Assembly: GCA_965204095.1 (NCBI GenBank)
Contig: OZ241991.1
Location: 703,495-767,494 of the forward strand
DNA from: Bryobacterales bacterium
Lineage (GTDB): Bacteria; Acidobacteriota; Terriglobia; Bryobacterales; UBA6623
Direction of reading: 5' to 3'
Length of the DNA stretch: 64,000 nt
Both the position numbers and the translations under genes were made by a program. Under the pieces are notes generated by a model. The model was given only the letters and a program-made list of their open reading frames with translations, did no database searches and was not told the DNA's origin. Numbering within the stretch: the first letter of the stretch is position 1; every line of letters starts with the position of its first letter. Below are positions 33,294 to 41,742 of the stretch, piece after piece.

Positions 33294-33536
33294 TCAGTGC
33301 AGCGGCGGCTCCCCCGGGACGTGAAAGAGCAGGAACGAGAGAGCGGCGACGACGACGATGTAGGCAGCCACAGCGAGCGCATCGAGCAAACTGAACCAGC
33401 GGAACGGCCAGCCTGAGAGGGGGCCTTCCATGGAGTCGCGGATGAGAAGCATGCCGAGCCCATAGCAAGCGGCGGCGAACAGAAAGGCGAGCAACAGAAC
33501 GAAGGGAGTGGAAGAGAGAAGAACGGCAGTCGGCAT
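33294..33536 (-). CDS. Small membrane protein
   Basis: GGAGG ribosome-binding site, two hydrophobic helices, directly after the RHH gene. Confidence 0.5.
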   Translation of the reverse strand: MPTAVLLSSTPFVLLLAFLFAAACYGLGMLLIRDSMEGPLSGWPFRWFSLLDALAVAAYIVVVAALSFLLFHVPGEPPLH

Positions 33537-33554
33537 GAGGGAACCTCCGGAAGC

Positions 33555-33800
33555 TCAGGGAAGCGGCAAACCGCGCTTGGCGAACAGCAGCGACAGGGCT
33601 TCGGCGAGAAGCTCCTGCACGGTGGTTTCCTCCTCGGAAGCCAGCAGCCGGAGCTGCTTGGCGACGTCGGGCGAGAAGTAGCCGCCGACGTGCTTGCGTT
33701 TCGCGCCCGCCTTCGCGGGCGAAGGGGAGGGAGCCGGAGTAGGAGGTACGGGCGCCGGAGCGCGGGATTTGAGAGCGGCGGCGAACTGGTTGTTCCTCAT
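33555..33800 (-). CDS. Ribbon-helix-helix partition partner, copy B
   Basis: Paralog of 27706-27951. Confidence 0.75.
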   Translation of the reverse strand: MRNNQFAAALKSRAPAPVPPTPAPSPSPAKAGAKRKHVGGYFSPDVAKQLRLLASEEETTVQELLAEALSLLFAKRGLPLP

Positions 33801-34450
33801 CGATGGAGATCTCCGTTGTTAGAAGGGTTGAAGTCGTCGAATATTCGAGAGATGAAGTCGTGCAGCCGTTTGATTTCGACGGCGGCCTTGCCGAAGGGCT
33901 CGTATTCCTGAGCCGACTGTCCGCTGAGCAGAGCGCGAGCGAAAGCGACGCGGCGGCCGAGGCGGACCGGGCAGGTTTCCACGCGGTGCGAAGCGAGGGC
34001 TTCCTCGGCGAGCGCGGCGTCCTGACCAGTAGCCGCAATGGCATTGAGAACGACCATCGCCGGCGTCGAGGTGGTGCGGATGAAGGCGAGGGTGTTGGTG
34101 ATGGCCTCGAGGTCGAGGATGGCCGGCCGGCAGGGAATGAGTACCAGGTCGGCGACGCGAGCGGCTTCGAGAGCGGCGCTGTCGGAATGCGGAGCGGTGT
34201 CGATGAAGAGCATTTCGCCGCCGATCTCGCGAACGCGACGGATTTCGTGCTGCAGGCGGCTGGCGTGAGCCGAGAGCACGACGGGCACTTCGGCCGCACG
34301 GCGGTCCGACCAGTTGGCGGAGGAAGCCTGCGGATCGAGATCGATGAGGGCGGTGTTGCGGCCTTCAGCGGCCGAAGCGACCGCCAAGTGCAAGGCGAGG
34401 GTGGTTTTTCCGGAGCCGCCTTTCTGGCTGACGAGGGCGATGGTTTTCAT
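33797..34450 (-). CDS. parA: ParA-family ATPase (type Ib), copy B
   Basis: Paralog of 27948-28601. Confidence 0.92.
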   Translation of the reverse strand: MKTIALVSQKGGSGKTTLALHLAVASAAEGRNTALIDLDPQASSANWSDRRAAEVPVVLSAHASRLQHEIRRVREIGGEMLFIDTAPHSDSAALEAARVADLVLIPCRPAILDLEAITNTLAFIRTTSTPAMVVLNAIAATGQDAALAEEALASHRVETCPVRLGRRVAFARALLSGQSAQEYEPFGKAAVEIKRLHDFISRIFDDFNPSNNGDLHR

Positions 34451-34466
34451 AGGCGTTCTCATGAGT

Positions 34467-34546
34467 CCTGCAATCCTGCAAGCCTGCAGGCGTGCAATCC
34501 TGCAATCCTTCAAGTCTGCATAACTTCAATTCTGCACGGATGCAGG
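34467..34546. repeat. Ten tandem 8-bp repeats, putative centromere/operator (copy B)
   Basis: cctgcaat cctgcaag cctgcagg cgtgcaat cctgcaat ccttcaag tctgcata acttcaat tctgcacg gatgcagg. Confidence 0.75.
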
Positions 34547-34821
34547 ATTCTGGCAAGTCCGGACCACGCGCCTGCGCTTTGCTGCGCGGGAGAGAAAAGG
34601 CAGCCAGAAGGGGGCCGCGAGCTCCGGAAACGGCGGCGAAGCCGCAGCCGGGGAGCGAGCGGCCGGGCAACGAAAGAGGGCCTCGGGGAGCGTCGATCGC
34701 AACGGAGAAGGCGCGGATCCGCGCGGCGAAGCGAGCGAGGAGGGCATGATCCGGCCTCGAGGCGGGCCACGACCGCGGATCGCTTGTCAGTATGCGAAGA
34801 TCGACTGAGGGGGTTCGACGA

Positions 34822-35145
34822 ATGGCAGTGAGCGATATCGTGTGCCGGCGTGAGGCCGGTGTGGTTCGCGTCGAGGGCGTGTCGCATAGCTGGGTGTGGC
34901 ACAGCCCTTCGGGTTTCGAGTGGGGATACGGCGGCAGCGGACCGGCCGACCTGGCGCTCAACATCCTGCTGGAGGCGACGGGCGAGAGGGACTTCGCCGC
35001 CGAGCATCATCAGGCGTTCAAGCGGGCCTTCGTGGCGCCGCTGCCGTTCGACGGCGGCAGGATCGAAGCTGCCAGGATCAGCGAGTGGATTGCGGAGCGA
35101 GGTCCGGATCGGGGAGCGACTCGATCTCGCGCAGCTTGGGGATGA
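34822..35145 (+). CDS. DUF6166-like protein
   Basis: HSPSGFEWGYGGSGPADLALNIL motif. Confidence 0.7.
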   Translation: MAVSDIVCRREAGVVRVEGVSHSWVWHSPSGFEWGYGGSGPADLALNILLEATGERDFAAEHHQAFKRAFVAPLPFDGGRIEAARISEWIAERGPDRGATRSRAAWG

Positions 35146-35554
35146 TCGATTCAAGTGACTTCAGGTGGACATCGAACTCTTCCCATCCGAGGAAGTGCGG
35201 ACGGGCGGGAACCGGCAGGCGGACCATGCGAAACGCGACCGCGTCGGTGGGGTTGCGCTGGTGGAACAGGCGGTAGGCATCGATCCAGGCGCCGGAACGC
35301 ATGGCGTTGAGGGCCTCGATTCTGGCATGGGTCTTGCGGGGGAAATTCCAGGGCGAGGCTTCCTTGGCAGGGGAGCAGCCGAGGGTTCCGGCCACGAAAC
35401 TGCCGCCCAGGCAGATTTCGCAAAAGCCCTGGCTGTTGGGGAAGTGCCAGTTGCGGTAACGGGGCTGGTACTGGTCGCGGTCGAGCCTGCGGGCGTCGGC
35501 AATGGCGGTTGCGAGCAGTTCCGACAAGGTGTTGATCTGTGGCTGTGGCTTCAT
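35078..35554 (-). CDS. Hypothetical protein, paralog of 37415-37927
   Basis: Shared AIADAR.LDR..Y.P....WH...C..CL.G.F.AGTL and HL.SLE.IIP.LRE. Confidence 0.7.
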   Translation of the reverse strand: MKPQPQINTLSELLATAIADARRLDRDQYQPRYRNWHFPNSQGFCEICLGGSFVAGTLGCSPAKEASPWNFPRKTHARIEALNAMRSGAWIDAYRLFHQRNPTDAVAFRMVRLPVPARPHFLGWEEFDVHLKSLESIIPKLREIESLPDPDLAPQSTR

Positions 35555-35565
35555 GGTGGTCATCC

Positions 35566-35817
35566 TTACGAGGCGCACGCCGGGTCGATCTCGGAAACGG
35601 CTTCCCAGCGCGACCAACCGTGCGGGACGGGCCGCTGGTACGTTTCGCATCGCGGGCACCATTCCTCGCCGTCGAGAACGAAGCGGACGGCGTTGCCGCA
35701 GCGGTGGCATTTCCTCCGCTGCGAGCAGTTCAGCTCGCTGCAGCGGGCCGACTGCCTGGCGATGGCGGCGTTGAGGACCGCTCTTCCTTCGGGGGTGCTG
35801 AGATGGGGCCGTGGCAT
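35566..35817 (-). CDS. Small zinc-ribbon protein
   Basis: CHRC...CPRC; AGGAGG ribosome-binding site after element 3. Confidence 0.6.
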   Translation of the reverse strand: MPRPHLSTPEGRAVLNAAIARQSARCSELNCSQRRKCHRCGNAVRFVLDGEEWCPRCETYQRPVPHGWSRWEAVSEIDPACAS

Positions 35818-35842
35818 GTTGACGTGAGCCTCCTGGCGTTAA

Positions 35843-35891
35843 GGGTTGGGAGCTTTCCGCTCACTGCTCGCTGGCGGAAAGCGGAGAACCC
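35843..35891 (-). promoter_or_regulatory. Conserved hairpin leader element, copy 3
   Basis: Loop actgctcgct. Confidence 0.9.
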
Positions 35892-35927
35892 TGCCCGGGG
35901 AGTCGAGCAAGTTGAGAGCGCTGGTCA

Positions 35928-36602
35928 TTACGCATTACTGTCGAAGGGATTGCGGTTGGGGAAGGACGGATCGTAGAACGGCAAGAAGCAGGGATCGGAC
36001 AGGTGCTCCCTGTCGTTGTCGGGGTCGTAGCCGACGATATCGACGGCATTCCAGGGGCAGTTCTGCGGAAGCCGGTTCTTCCAGTCGCCTTTCTCGCGCT
36101 GCAGTTCGAGGATCTTGTTGCGCTTAGGGGGATGGACATAGAGCAACTGGTTCATGGTGAGTACGGCGCGGTAGCGGCCGCCGTGCCAGGCGAAGTCCAC
36201 CATGGCGGGCACAAAGGGTTTCATCGAGGGGTTGTTGCGAAGCAGGCGCTCCATGTCGAGGCGGTGCTTGCCGAGGGAGTCGTTCCATTCGACGCGGGTG
36301 ATGGCGTCGGCGGCCGGAGCGGTCCAGAGCAGCAGAAGCATGTGGTGGACCTCGCTGCAGTGGTCGAGCCAGGAGCGGATCAGGTCGCTAGCCATGCGGT
36401 CGAAGTGGTTGATGATGTTGGTGAGGTCGAGCTGGTCGAGCTCGCCGCGAACGAGCAGACCCGTCTGCTGCAGATACCAGGCGAGGGAGTCGCGGTCATG
36501 CAGGCCGGGCTCGCGGGACTGTTTGAGCATCTTGAGGAACGGCGCGGTTGCAAGATGCAAGATGCGGCTGATCGGGACGGCCTTGTTGGCGGTTTCGGGC
36601 AT
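35928..36602 (-). CDS. Divergent DUF29-like protein
   Basis: HDRDSLAWYLQQ..L..GELDQLDL.NII, NPSM, LPQNCPW; starts at MPETANK after AGGAGG. Confidence 0.7.
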   Translation of the reverse strand: MPETANKAVPISRILHLATAPFLKMLKQSREPGLHDRDSLAWYLQQTGLLVRGELDQLDLTNIINHFDRMASDLIRSWLDHCSEVHHMLLLLWTAPAADAITRVEWNDSLGKHRLDMERLLRNNPSMKPFVPAMVDFAWHGGRYRAVLTMNQLLYVHPPKRNKILELQREKGDWKNRLPQNCPWNAVDIVGYDPDNDREHLSDPCFLPFYDPSFPNRNPFDSNA

Positions 36603-36627
36603 GGGGTTGTGATCCTCCTGGAGGTAA

Positions 36628-36676
36628 GGGTGTGGAGCTTTCCGCTCACTACGGTACGGCGGAAAGCGGAGAACCC
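36628..36676 (-). promoter_or_regulatory. Conserved hairpin leader element, copy 4
   Basis: Loop actacggtac; only 12 nt from the upstream stop codon. Confidence 0.9.
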
Positions 36677-36688
36677 GCATCAGGAGGG

Positions 36689-37306
36689 TCAGGATGGAGG
36701 CGCGAAGCGGGTCGGGGGAATCGACTTGGAGTGAACGAGGTAGTCGTTGTTGTCGAAGGGATCGTAGGCGAGGATCTCGGCGGCGCTCCAGGGGCAGTCG
36801 GCGGGGAGTTGCCGCTCCCAATTGACGTTGCCGTAGCGCATCGAGAGGGTGTGAACCGCGCCGCTGCGGGCGCCCTGCCAGGCGAAGCGGATCATGTCGC
36901 GGAGAAACATCGTGATCGAGGGGTTGTCGCGAAGCAGCGACTGGATCATGAAGCGCTGGTTGCGAAGATCGTCGAGCAGGCTCGGCCGCTGGCGGCCGTT
37001 GACGGTCGGAGAAGAACAGAGGATCAGAAGGGTATTCATCACTTCGCGCAAGTGGAAGCGGCCTTCCCGGAGCAGGCCGAGGGCCTGGTCCATGAAGATG
37101 GCGATGATGACGTTGATCTCGGCCTTGTCGATCTCGCCGCGTTCGAGGCGGCCGGCCTGCTGCAGCATCCAGGCGAAAACGTCGGAGTTGGAAAGGTCTT
37201 GCTGGTCGGACTGGGTGAGCTGCTTGAGAAGCGGCTTGGTGGCGCGGTCCCAAAGCTGATGATCGAGGGTTTCGAGAGAGAGGTTGGAGTGGGGTTGATC
37301 GGTCAT
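36689..37306 (-). CDS. Divergent DUF29-like protein
   Basis: DVFAWMLQQAGRL, DNPSI, LPADCPWS; paralog of 35928-36602. Confidence 0.7.
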   Translation of the reverse strand: MTDQPHSNLSLETLDHQLWDRATKPLLKQLTQSDQQDLSNSDVFAWMLQQAGRLERGEIDKAEINVIIAIFMDQALGLLREGRFHLREVMNTLLILCSSPTVNGRQRPSLLDDLRNQRFMIQSLLRDNPSITMFLRDMIRFAWQGARSGAVHTLSMRYGNVNWERQLPADCPWSAAEILAYDPFDNNDYLVHSKSIPPTRFAPPS

Positions 37307-37333
37307 GATGTGTCGTGAGCCTCTTGGCAGTAA

Positions 37334-37382
37334 GGGTTGGGAGCTTTCCGCTCGCCGGCGACTGGCGGAAAGCGGAGAACCC
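37334..37382 (-). promoter_or_regulatory. Conserved hairpin leader element, copy 5
   Basis: Loop gccggcgact. Confidence 0.9.
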
Positions 37383-37414
37383 GGCCCATAGGGGTGGGGG
37401 ATGGGAGTTGAAAG

Positions 37415-37927
37415 CTAGTCGAGCTTCTCGACCTCGCGCAGCTCCGGGATGATGGCTTCGAGGGAAGCCAGGTGAAGGTCTAACTCTTCCCAGGAATCGA
37501 AGTCGTCGTGCAGCGGTTCGGGAAGCTCGTTCAGGGCGAGCTCGGTGGAGAGGCTGGGGCGGTCGGAATAGAACTTGATGAAGGCGTAGACCCACTCGCC
37601 GCAGCGCATGGCTTCGAGGGCCATGAGCTTTTCGTGCATCTCGTGGGTGAACATCGAGGGGCGAATGTCGAACGTAGGCAGGAACTGAAGAGTGCCGGCC
37701 ATGAAAGCGCCGGCGAGGCAGACCAGGCAGGGCTGGTCGGGAAGAGTGGTGTGCCATTCTTCCGAGCAGGGAACGTAGCGCTTGCGGTCGAGGCCGCGGG
37801 CGTCGGCGATGGCGGCTGTGAGGAAGTCGGCCATGGAATTGAAGATAGGACTGAAATCTTCGGGGAGAATGTCGTAATGCACGTCGCCGGAAAGGTCGCT
37901 GACGGGGCGTTTGTCGTTCAACGGCAT
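37415..37927 (-). CDS. Hypothetical protein, paralog of 35078-35554
   Basis: WH....CLVCLAGAFMAGTL. Confidence 0.7.
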   Translation of the reverse strand: MPLNDKRPVSDLSGDVHYDILPEDFSPIFNSMADFLTAAIADARGLDRKRYVPCSEEWHTTLPDQPCLVCLAGAFMAGTLQFLPTFDIRPSMFTHEMHEKLMALEAMRCGEWVYAFIKFYSDRPSLSTELALNELPEPLHDDFDSWEELDLHLASLEAIIPELREVEKLD

Positions 37928-37951
37928 GATGAGATTGCCTCCTGGCGGTAA

Positions 37952-38000
37952 GGGTCGGGAGCTTTCCGCTCGCCCGTGACTGGCGGAAAGCGGAGAACCC
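37952..38000 (-). promoter_or_regulatory. Conserved hairpin leader element, copy 6
   Basis: Loop gcccgtgact. Confidence 0.9.
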
Positions 38001-38053
38001 GGCCAGGGGGGGCAGAGCGATGTGAGGGAGCGTGGACGGTGAGCAGCAAGGGC

Positions 38054-38257
38054 TCAATCGGGGTCTATCTCGTAGGTGTAGAAACGCCGGCGAGCTTCGC
38101 GTTCCCTGCGCCGCTTGGCGGCCGGGAAGAAGTGGTCCTCGACCACTTGGGCGACGTGCTTTTCGACGGAGACGCCTTGCTGGCGGCTGGCCTCCTCGAT
38201 GCGCTCGAAGAGCCGTGGATTGCACTGGAAGCTGATGGTTTTCTCGGTGTTCGGCAT
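38054..38257 (-). CDS. Small ribbon-helix-helix-like protein
   Basis: KTISFQC...LFERIEEASRQQGVSVEKHVAQVVE beta-alpha-alpha pattern. Confidence 0.6.
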   Translation of the reverse strand: MPNTEKTISFQCNPRLFERIEEASRQQGVSVEKHVAQVVEDHFFPAAKRRREREARRRFYTYEIDPD

Positions 38258-38281
38258 GGTTAGAGAGTAGAGGCGGAGTGG

Positions 38282-38512
38282 CTAGAGGGGAACCCAATCG
38301 GGCCTGTGATCTTCGGCGCAGTCGAGGCAGAACACCTCGCCTTTCACAATGTTGTATTCGAAGCGCTGGGTTTCGGCGTCCCAATAGGCGGTGGCTTCGA
38401 AGGTGATATTGTAGCCGCGGCAGTTGGCGCAGACCGGCTTCTCGGGGGAGTCGTCGTCCTCACGCTGCGCCAGGGGCGCGAGGTTGAGCTCGACGGTAGG
38501 GGAGAGTGACAT
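38282..38512 (-). CDS. Small zinc-ribbon protein
   Basis: CANC...CLDC; similar to 40520-40777. Confidence 0.65.
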   Translation of the reverse strand: MSLSPTVELNLAPLAQREDDDSPEKPVCANCRGYNITFEATAYWDAETQRFEYNIVKGEVFCLDCAEDHRPDWVPL

Positions 38513-38536
38513 GAAAGGCTTCCTCCTGATGAGTAA

Positions 38537-38585
38537 GGGTGTGGAGCTTTCCGCTCACCCGTACCTGGCGGAAAGCGGAGCAGCC
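38537..38585 (-). promoter_or_regulatory. Conserved hairpin leader element, copy 7
   Basis: Loop acccgtacct. Confidence 0.9.
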
Positions 38586-38722
38586 GTCGAAGGGAGGAAC
38601 GGGATTTACCTGCAGGGAAGCTGATCTGGAATGAAAACGTGAGCAAGCGCGGCAGCTCGAGCGCGCGAAAAGGCCCTGGGGCATCGATTGGATGCGCCAG
38701 GGCCAGGTGCTTGCTGGAAGTG

Positions 38723-39061
38723 TCAGTTGGAGGCTTCGGCGCCGGGGGCGCGCTTGCAGCCCATGGCGGCGAGCATGGCGAGAAGGATGCTGCGCTCGTT
38801 CTCGTAAAGCTCCTGGACATGGTCGGGATCGGAGTCTGTCTCGACGCCCCAAACGCCGGGGCTGTCGAAGCGCTGGGCGATGACGTGGCCCTTGTGGCCG
38901 ATGCCGATGAGGACCGTGCAGGATGCACGGACGCCCATGAATCCGAAGTCGCCGTTGCGCGACTGGCGCAAGCGGTCCTCGAATCCTTCCTGCTCCAGGT
39001 AGGAGGTATCGGGGCAGGGATCGGGCAGGGTTTCCATGACGATCTCTTCGTGAACGATCAT
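38723..39061 (-). CDS. Hypothetical protein
   Basis: Coupled ORF (ATGA overlap); SPGVWGVETDSD. Confidence 0.6.
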   Translation of the reverse strand: MIVHEEIVMETLPDPCPDTSYLEQEGFEDRLRQSRNGDFGFMGVRASCTVLIGIGHKGHVIAQRFDSPGVWGVETDSDPDHVQELYENERSILLAMLAAMGCKRAPGAEASN

Positions 39062-39351
39062 GCTGATTCTCCTTGGTCATGCGGGGTGTGAGGTTGAGAG
39101 TCAGCCTCCTGGGTACGCGCGTCCTCGCGGCGTATCCACTCGGTTTCGGAAATCCAGTAATGGAAGTCGGCGCAAACGTACTCCGGCTCGCCGGCGCCGT
39201 CGTGGGGTATGAAGCGCTGCGAGTCGGTCCGGCAGTCGCCCCAAAAGTCTTCACGGTGGTAACAATCGCAGCACCCGCACTCGATCATCGAGACCTTCGC
39301 CTCCGGATCGAGAGCCTTGCCGGCTCGGATGAAGTGCAACGAATCGGACAT
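39058..39351 (-). CDS. Small Cys-rich hypothetical protein
   Basis: ECGCCDCYH..DF.GDCR; GAGG ribosome-binding site. Confidence 0.6.
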   Translation of the reverse strand: MSDSLHFIRAGKALDPEAKVSMIECGCCDCYHREDFWGDCRTDSQRFIPHDGAGEPEYVCADFHYWISETEWIRREDARTQEADSQPHTPHDQGESA

Positions 39352-39355
39352 GGAG

Positions 39356-39691
39356 CTATCGCCTCGCTTTCTCAAGGGCTTCGGCGAAGCGCTTGGCGGA
39401 ACGGCGCTGGATGATCCGGAGCTGGTGGACCGGATCGCCGGGGAACTTCGCCCGTTCGTAGATGCTCTGCAGCTCGCGGTACAGTTCGGCGTACTCGCCG
39501 GGCTTCGCCGGCCGGGTCGCGGAGAGCACGTGCTCCATCGTCGCGCCGCCGTGCTGGCCGACGTGCGCATAGCAGGTGACGAAGCAGCCGTTGCGGTCGT
39601 GGGGCTCGTGGGGGAACACCGCGAGGATCTCGCCGCTCTTGTCGCGGTACTTGCGAAACATCACGTCAACGGTCTGGGGTTGGGCTTTCAA
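39356..39691 (-). CDS. Hypothetical phage/plasmid-type protein
   Basis: VMFRK...GEILAVFP, CYAHVGQHG, ATRPA.P.EYA.L..EL; TTG start after AGGAGG. Confidence 0.7.
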   Translation of the reverse strand: MKAQPQTVDVMFRKYRDKSGEILAVFPHEPHDRNGCFVTCYAHVGQHGGATMEHVLSATRPAKPGEYAELYRELQSIYERAKFPGDPVHQLRIIQRRSAKRFAEALEKARR

Positions 39692-39714
39692 TGCTGGAGT
39701 CCTCCTTCGGGAAT

Positions 39715-39763
39715 GGGTTTGGAGCTTTCCGCTCACTGATCCCCGGCGGAAAGCGGAGAACCC
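39715..39763 (-). promoter_or_regulatory. Conserved hairpin leader element, copy 8
   Basis: Loop actgatcccc. Confidence 0.9.
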
Positions 39764-39845
39764 GTCGAAGGAAGAGGCCTGATCGGACTCGACGAAAGAA
39801 GGCGAAGAGATTCCCCGCCGCGGGCGCGGCGGGGAAGCAAGGGAG

Positions 39846-40382
39846 TCAGGCGGCCTCGCCGGCGGGCTCGCGGACTTCCCAGACGTGGCGGTTGCCGAGC
39901 ATCTGCTTAGCGAGCCGGCTGGCGAGATAGGACTTGGATTCGAGAATCCACATCCGCACCTTGCTGTCGGGCCAGTTCGGCGGTTCGCACGACTGGTAGT
40001 TGAGGCAGCTGAGGTACTCGCAGGCCTCGGCGTGGGAGTAGCGGCGCGGCTCGGCGGAACGGCAGTCGCGAAGGTAGTCGCTGACGGTGTAGCCCTCGTC
40101 GAAGCAGGCTGCGTTGATGTCGCTGACGCCTTCGGGGTGATCGACGCCGCTGGTGTCCCAGCCGGCGTCGTCGAGCTGGTTGAGGATGGAGCTGAAGATC
40201 GAGGCGCAGGCGCGGCGGCCTTCCGGGCCGTAGCGGAAGGCGACGCTGATGACGTTCGCCATGGCGAGGTCCATGCGAACGTCAGTGTCGCTGGGCGGTT
40301 TCTTGTCGAAATGGAAGATGATCTCCCGGATGATCTTGGCGCACGTGGCGATGTGCGCCGGGGTGACTACGTAAGCACTCAT
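39846..40382 (-). CDS. Hypothetical protein
   Basis: MSAYVV...HI, N..SV..RY, CLNYQSCE; AGGAGG ribosome-binding site. Confidence 0.7.
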   Translation of the reverse strand: MSAYVVTPAHIATCAKIIREIIFHFDKKPPSDTDVRMDLAMANVISVAFRYGPEGRRACASIFSSILNQLDDAGWDTSGVDHPEGVSDINAACFDEGYTVSDYLRDCRSAEPRRYSHAEACEYLSCLNYQSCEPPNWPDSKVRMWILESKSYLASRLAKQMLGNRHVWEVREPAGEAA

Positions 40383-40405
40383 GAAGGGTGTCCTCCTGTC
40401 GGTTG

Positions 40406-40454
40406 GGGTTGGGAGCTTTCCGCTCGCTCGTATCTGGCGGAAAGCGGATAACCC
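40406..40454 (-). promoter_or_regulatory. Conserved hairpin leader element, copy 9
   Basis: Loop gctcgtatct. Confidence 0.9.
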
Positions 40455-40519
40455 GCGACAGGGGGATCGGGAGAACCGGGCGGCAGACGGTACGCAGCCC
40501 CGGAGAAGGGGACGGCGGC

Positions 40520-40777
40520 CTAGCGGCCGCCGCTGCGGAGTGAAGAGAAGGCGTCGCAGAAGTCGCGGACGGTTGCGGTGTGATCGCAATGGCGGCACTG
40601 CGCGATGCTGGCGTCGTCCCATTCGGTATCGCAATCGACTTCTTCGGTGCCGCGACGGGTGAGCAGGACCGTAACGGTGGCCTGGATGTGAATGCGGTCG
40701 TCGCGTCGGCAGCCGGGGCAGATCATTTCCCATTCTTCCGATACCGAGCTGGGGGAAACGATGACGATGTTGGGCAT
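40520..40777 (-). CDS. Small zinc-ribbon protein
   Basis: CPGC...EWD....QCRHC. Confidence 0.65.
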   Translation of the reverse strand: MPNIVIVSPSSVSEEWEMICPGCRRDDRIHIQATVTVLLTRRGTEEVDCDTEWDDASIAQCRHCDHTATVRDFCDAFSSLRSGGR

Positions 40778-40799
40778 GCTGGAATCCTCCGGGATGTAA

Positions 40800-40848
40800 G
40801 GGTTGGGAGCTTTCCGCTCGCCCGTACCTGGCGGAAAGCGGAGAACCC
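40800..40848 (-). promoter_or_regulatory. Conserved hairpin leader element, copy 10
   Basis: Loop gcccgtacct. Confidence 0.9.
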
Positions 40849-41118
40849 TCATCATGGTCCGGATTGCGGCAGGAATCGAGCGCTGGGGGATCGTGCGCAG
40901 CGTCTCTGACGGCGGAAACCGAGGCAAGAGCAGACGCCGCAGGCGTCGTCTGCGCTGTCTTGAAAACGGAATCAGAGCAATGCGCGATCGAGCACCGCTT
41001 CGGGGCGCGAAAGCCGGGCGACGGTCCACAAGATATAGCTGTCCGCGGTGCCGGCGCGGCCCAAGATGTTGGGGTGCCGCGATCTCATCGAGCGCTGGAT
41101 GTGGGGTTGCGAATGGGG

Positions 41119-41211
41119 CAGCACCATCCGGATCCGCCTCGAATCCGGGGGTGCTGGGGGTCCGGTGACTCGCGGATCGCCGCGTCAGCGGCCTCGCAGC
41201 GAGGGTTTTTC
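41119..41211. repeat. Second repeated hairpin motif (motif B), copy 1
   Basis: CAGCACCATCCGGATCC..GAATCCGGGGGTGCTGGGGGTCC...GGATCGCCGCGTCAG...GGTTTTT; also at 43711, 46112 and partially 52144. Confidence 0.7.
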
Positions 41212-41253
41212 GGCGAGAAGTCCCGCCGCACGTGCGGCGGGACGTGAACAGAG

Positions 41254-41649
41254 TTAGGCTGCGGCCGGTTCGATGTTGCCGGCCTGCTGGCGGTGGACGT
41301 TGGGCTTGACCTTCACGATCGCGATGCGGTCGGTCCGGAAGCGGACTTCGTCGATCACGCCGGTCCAGGAGCCGCCCTGGTCGGTGACGGCCTCGATGGC
41401 CTCGCCGATCAGGTTCTCCGGCAGCTTCGCCGCGTTGCCGGCGTAGAAGGCTCCGATCTCGCCTTCCTCCAGCACGGCTTGCTTCCAGCCCTTGATGACG
41501 CTCGGGGGGAGCTGTACGGCGACGGCTTCCTCCAGCGTGCGGCGCATCCACTCGGAAAGGCTGAGGCCGTAGTTCTTGCCGGCCTCGACCATGCGGTTGA
41601 GCAGCTTGCGGTCGCAGCGGAAGCTGGCGGTGGTCTTGGTGCTTCGCAT
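41254..41649 (-). CDS. Protein with an N-terminal ribbon-helix-helix-like domain
   Basis: TTASFRC...LLNRM......GLSLSEWMRRTLEEAV. Confidence 0.6.
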   Translation of the reverse strand: MRSTKTTASFRCDRKLLNRMVEAGKNYGLSLSEWMRRTLEEAVAVQLPPSVIKGWKQAVLEEGEIGAFYAGNAAKLPENLIGEAIEAVTDQGGSWTGVIDEVRFRTDRIAIVKVKPNVHRQQAGNIEPAAA

Positions 41650-41675
41650 GATGTTATGGTCCTCCTGTCTGTAAC

Positions 41676-41725
41676 GGGTTCGGAGCTTTTCGCTCACCTG
41701 GGGACGGCGAAAAGCGCGAGAACCC
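41676..41725 (-). promoter_or_regulatory. Conserved hairpin leader element, copy 11 (compensatory variant)
   Basis: Arms GCTTTTCGC / GCGAAAAGC. Confidence 0.88.
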
Positions 41726-41742
41726 GCGTCAGGGGGACGAGG

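Noticed and set aside
35843-35891. Sigma-54 promoter (TGGC) or intrinsic terminator reading of the element
   Set aside because: There is no GC at the -12 spacing from the GG, the TGGC faces away from the genes, and no U-tract follows the stem on either strand.
35928-38384. 818-aa ORF from the track
   Set aside because: Read-through of an alternative frame across several cassettes; only the last ~224 codons (from MPETANK, after AGGAGG) look like real protein.
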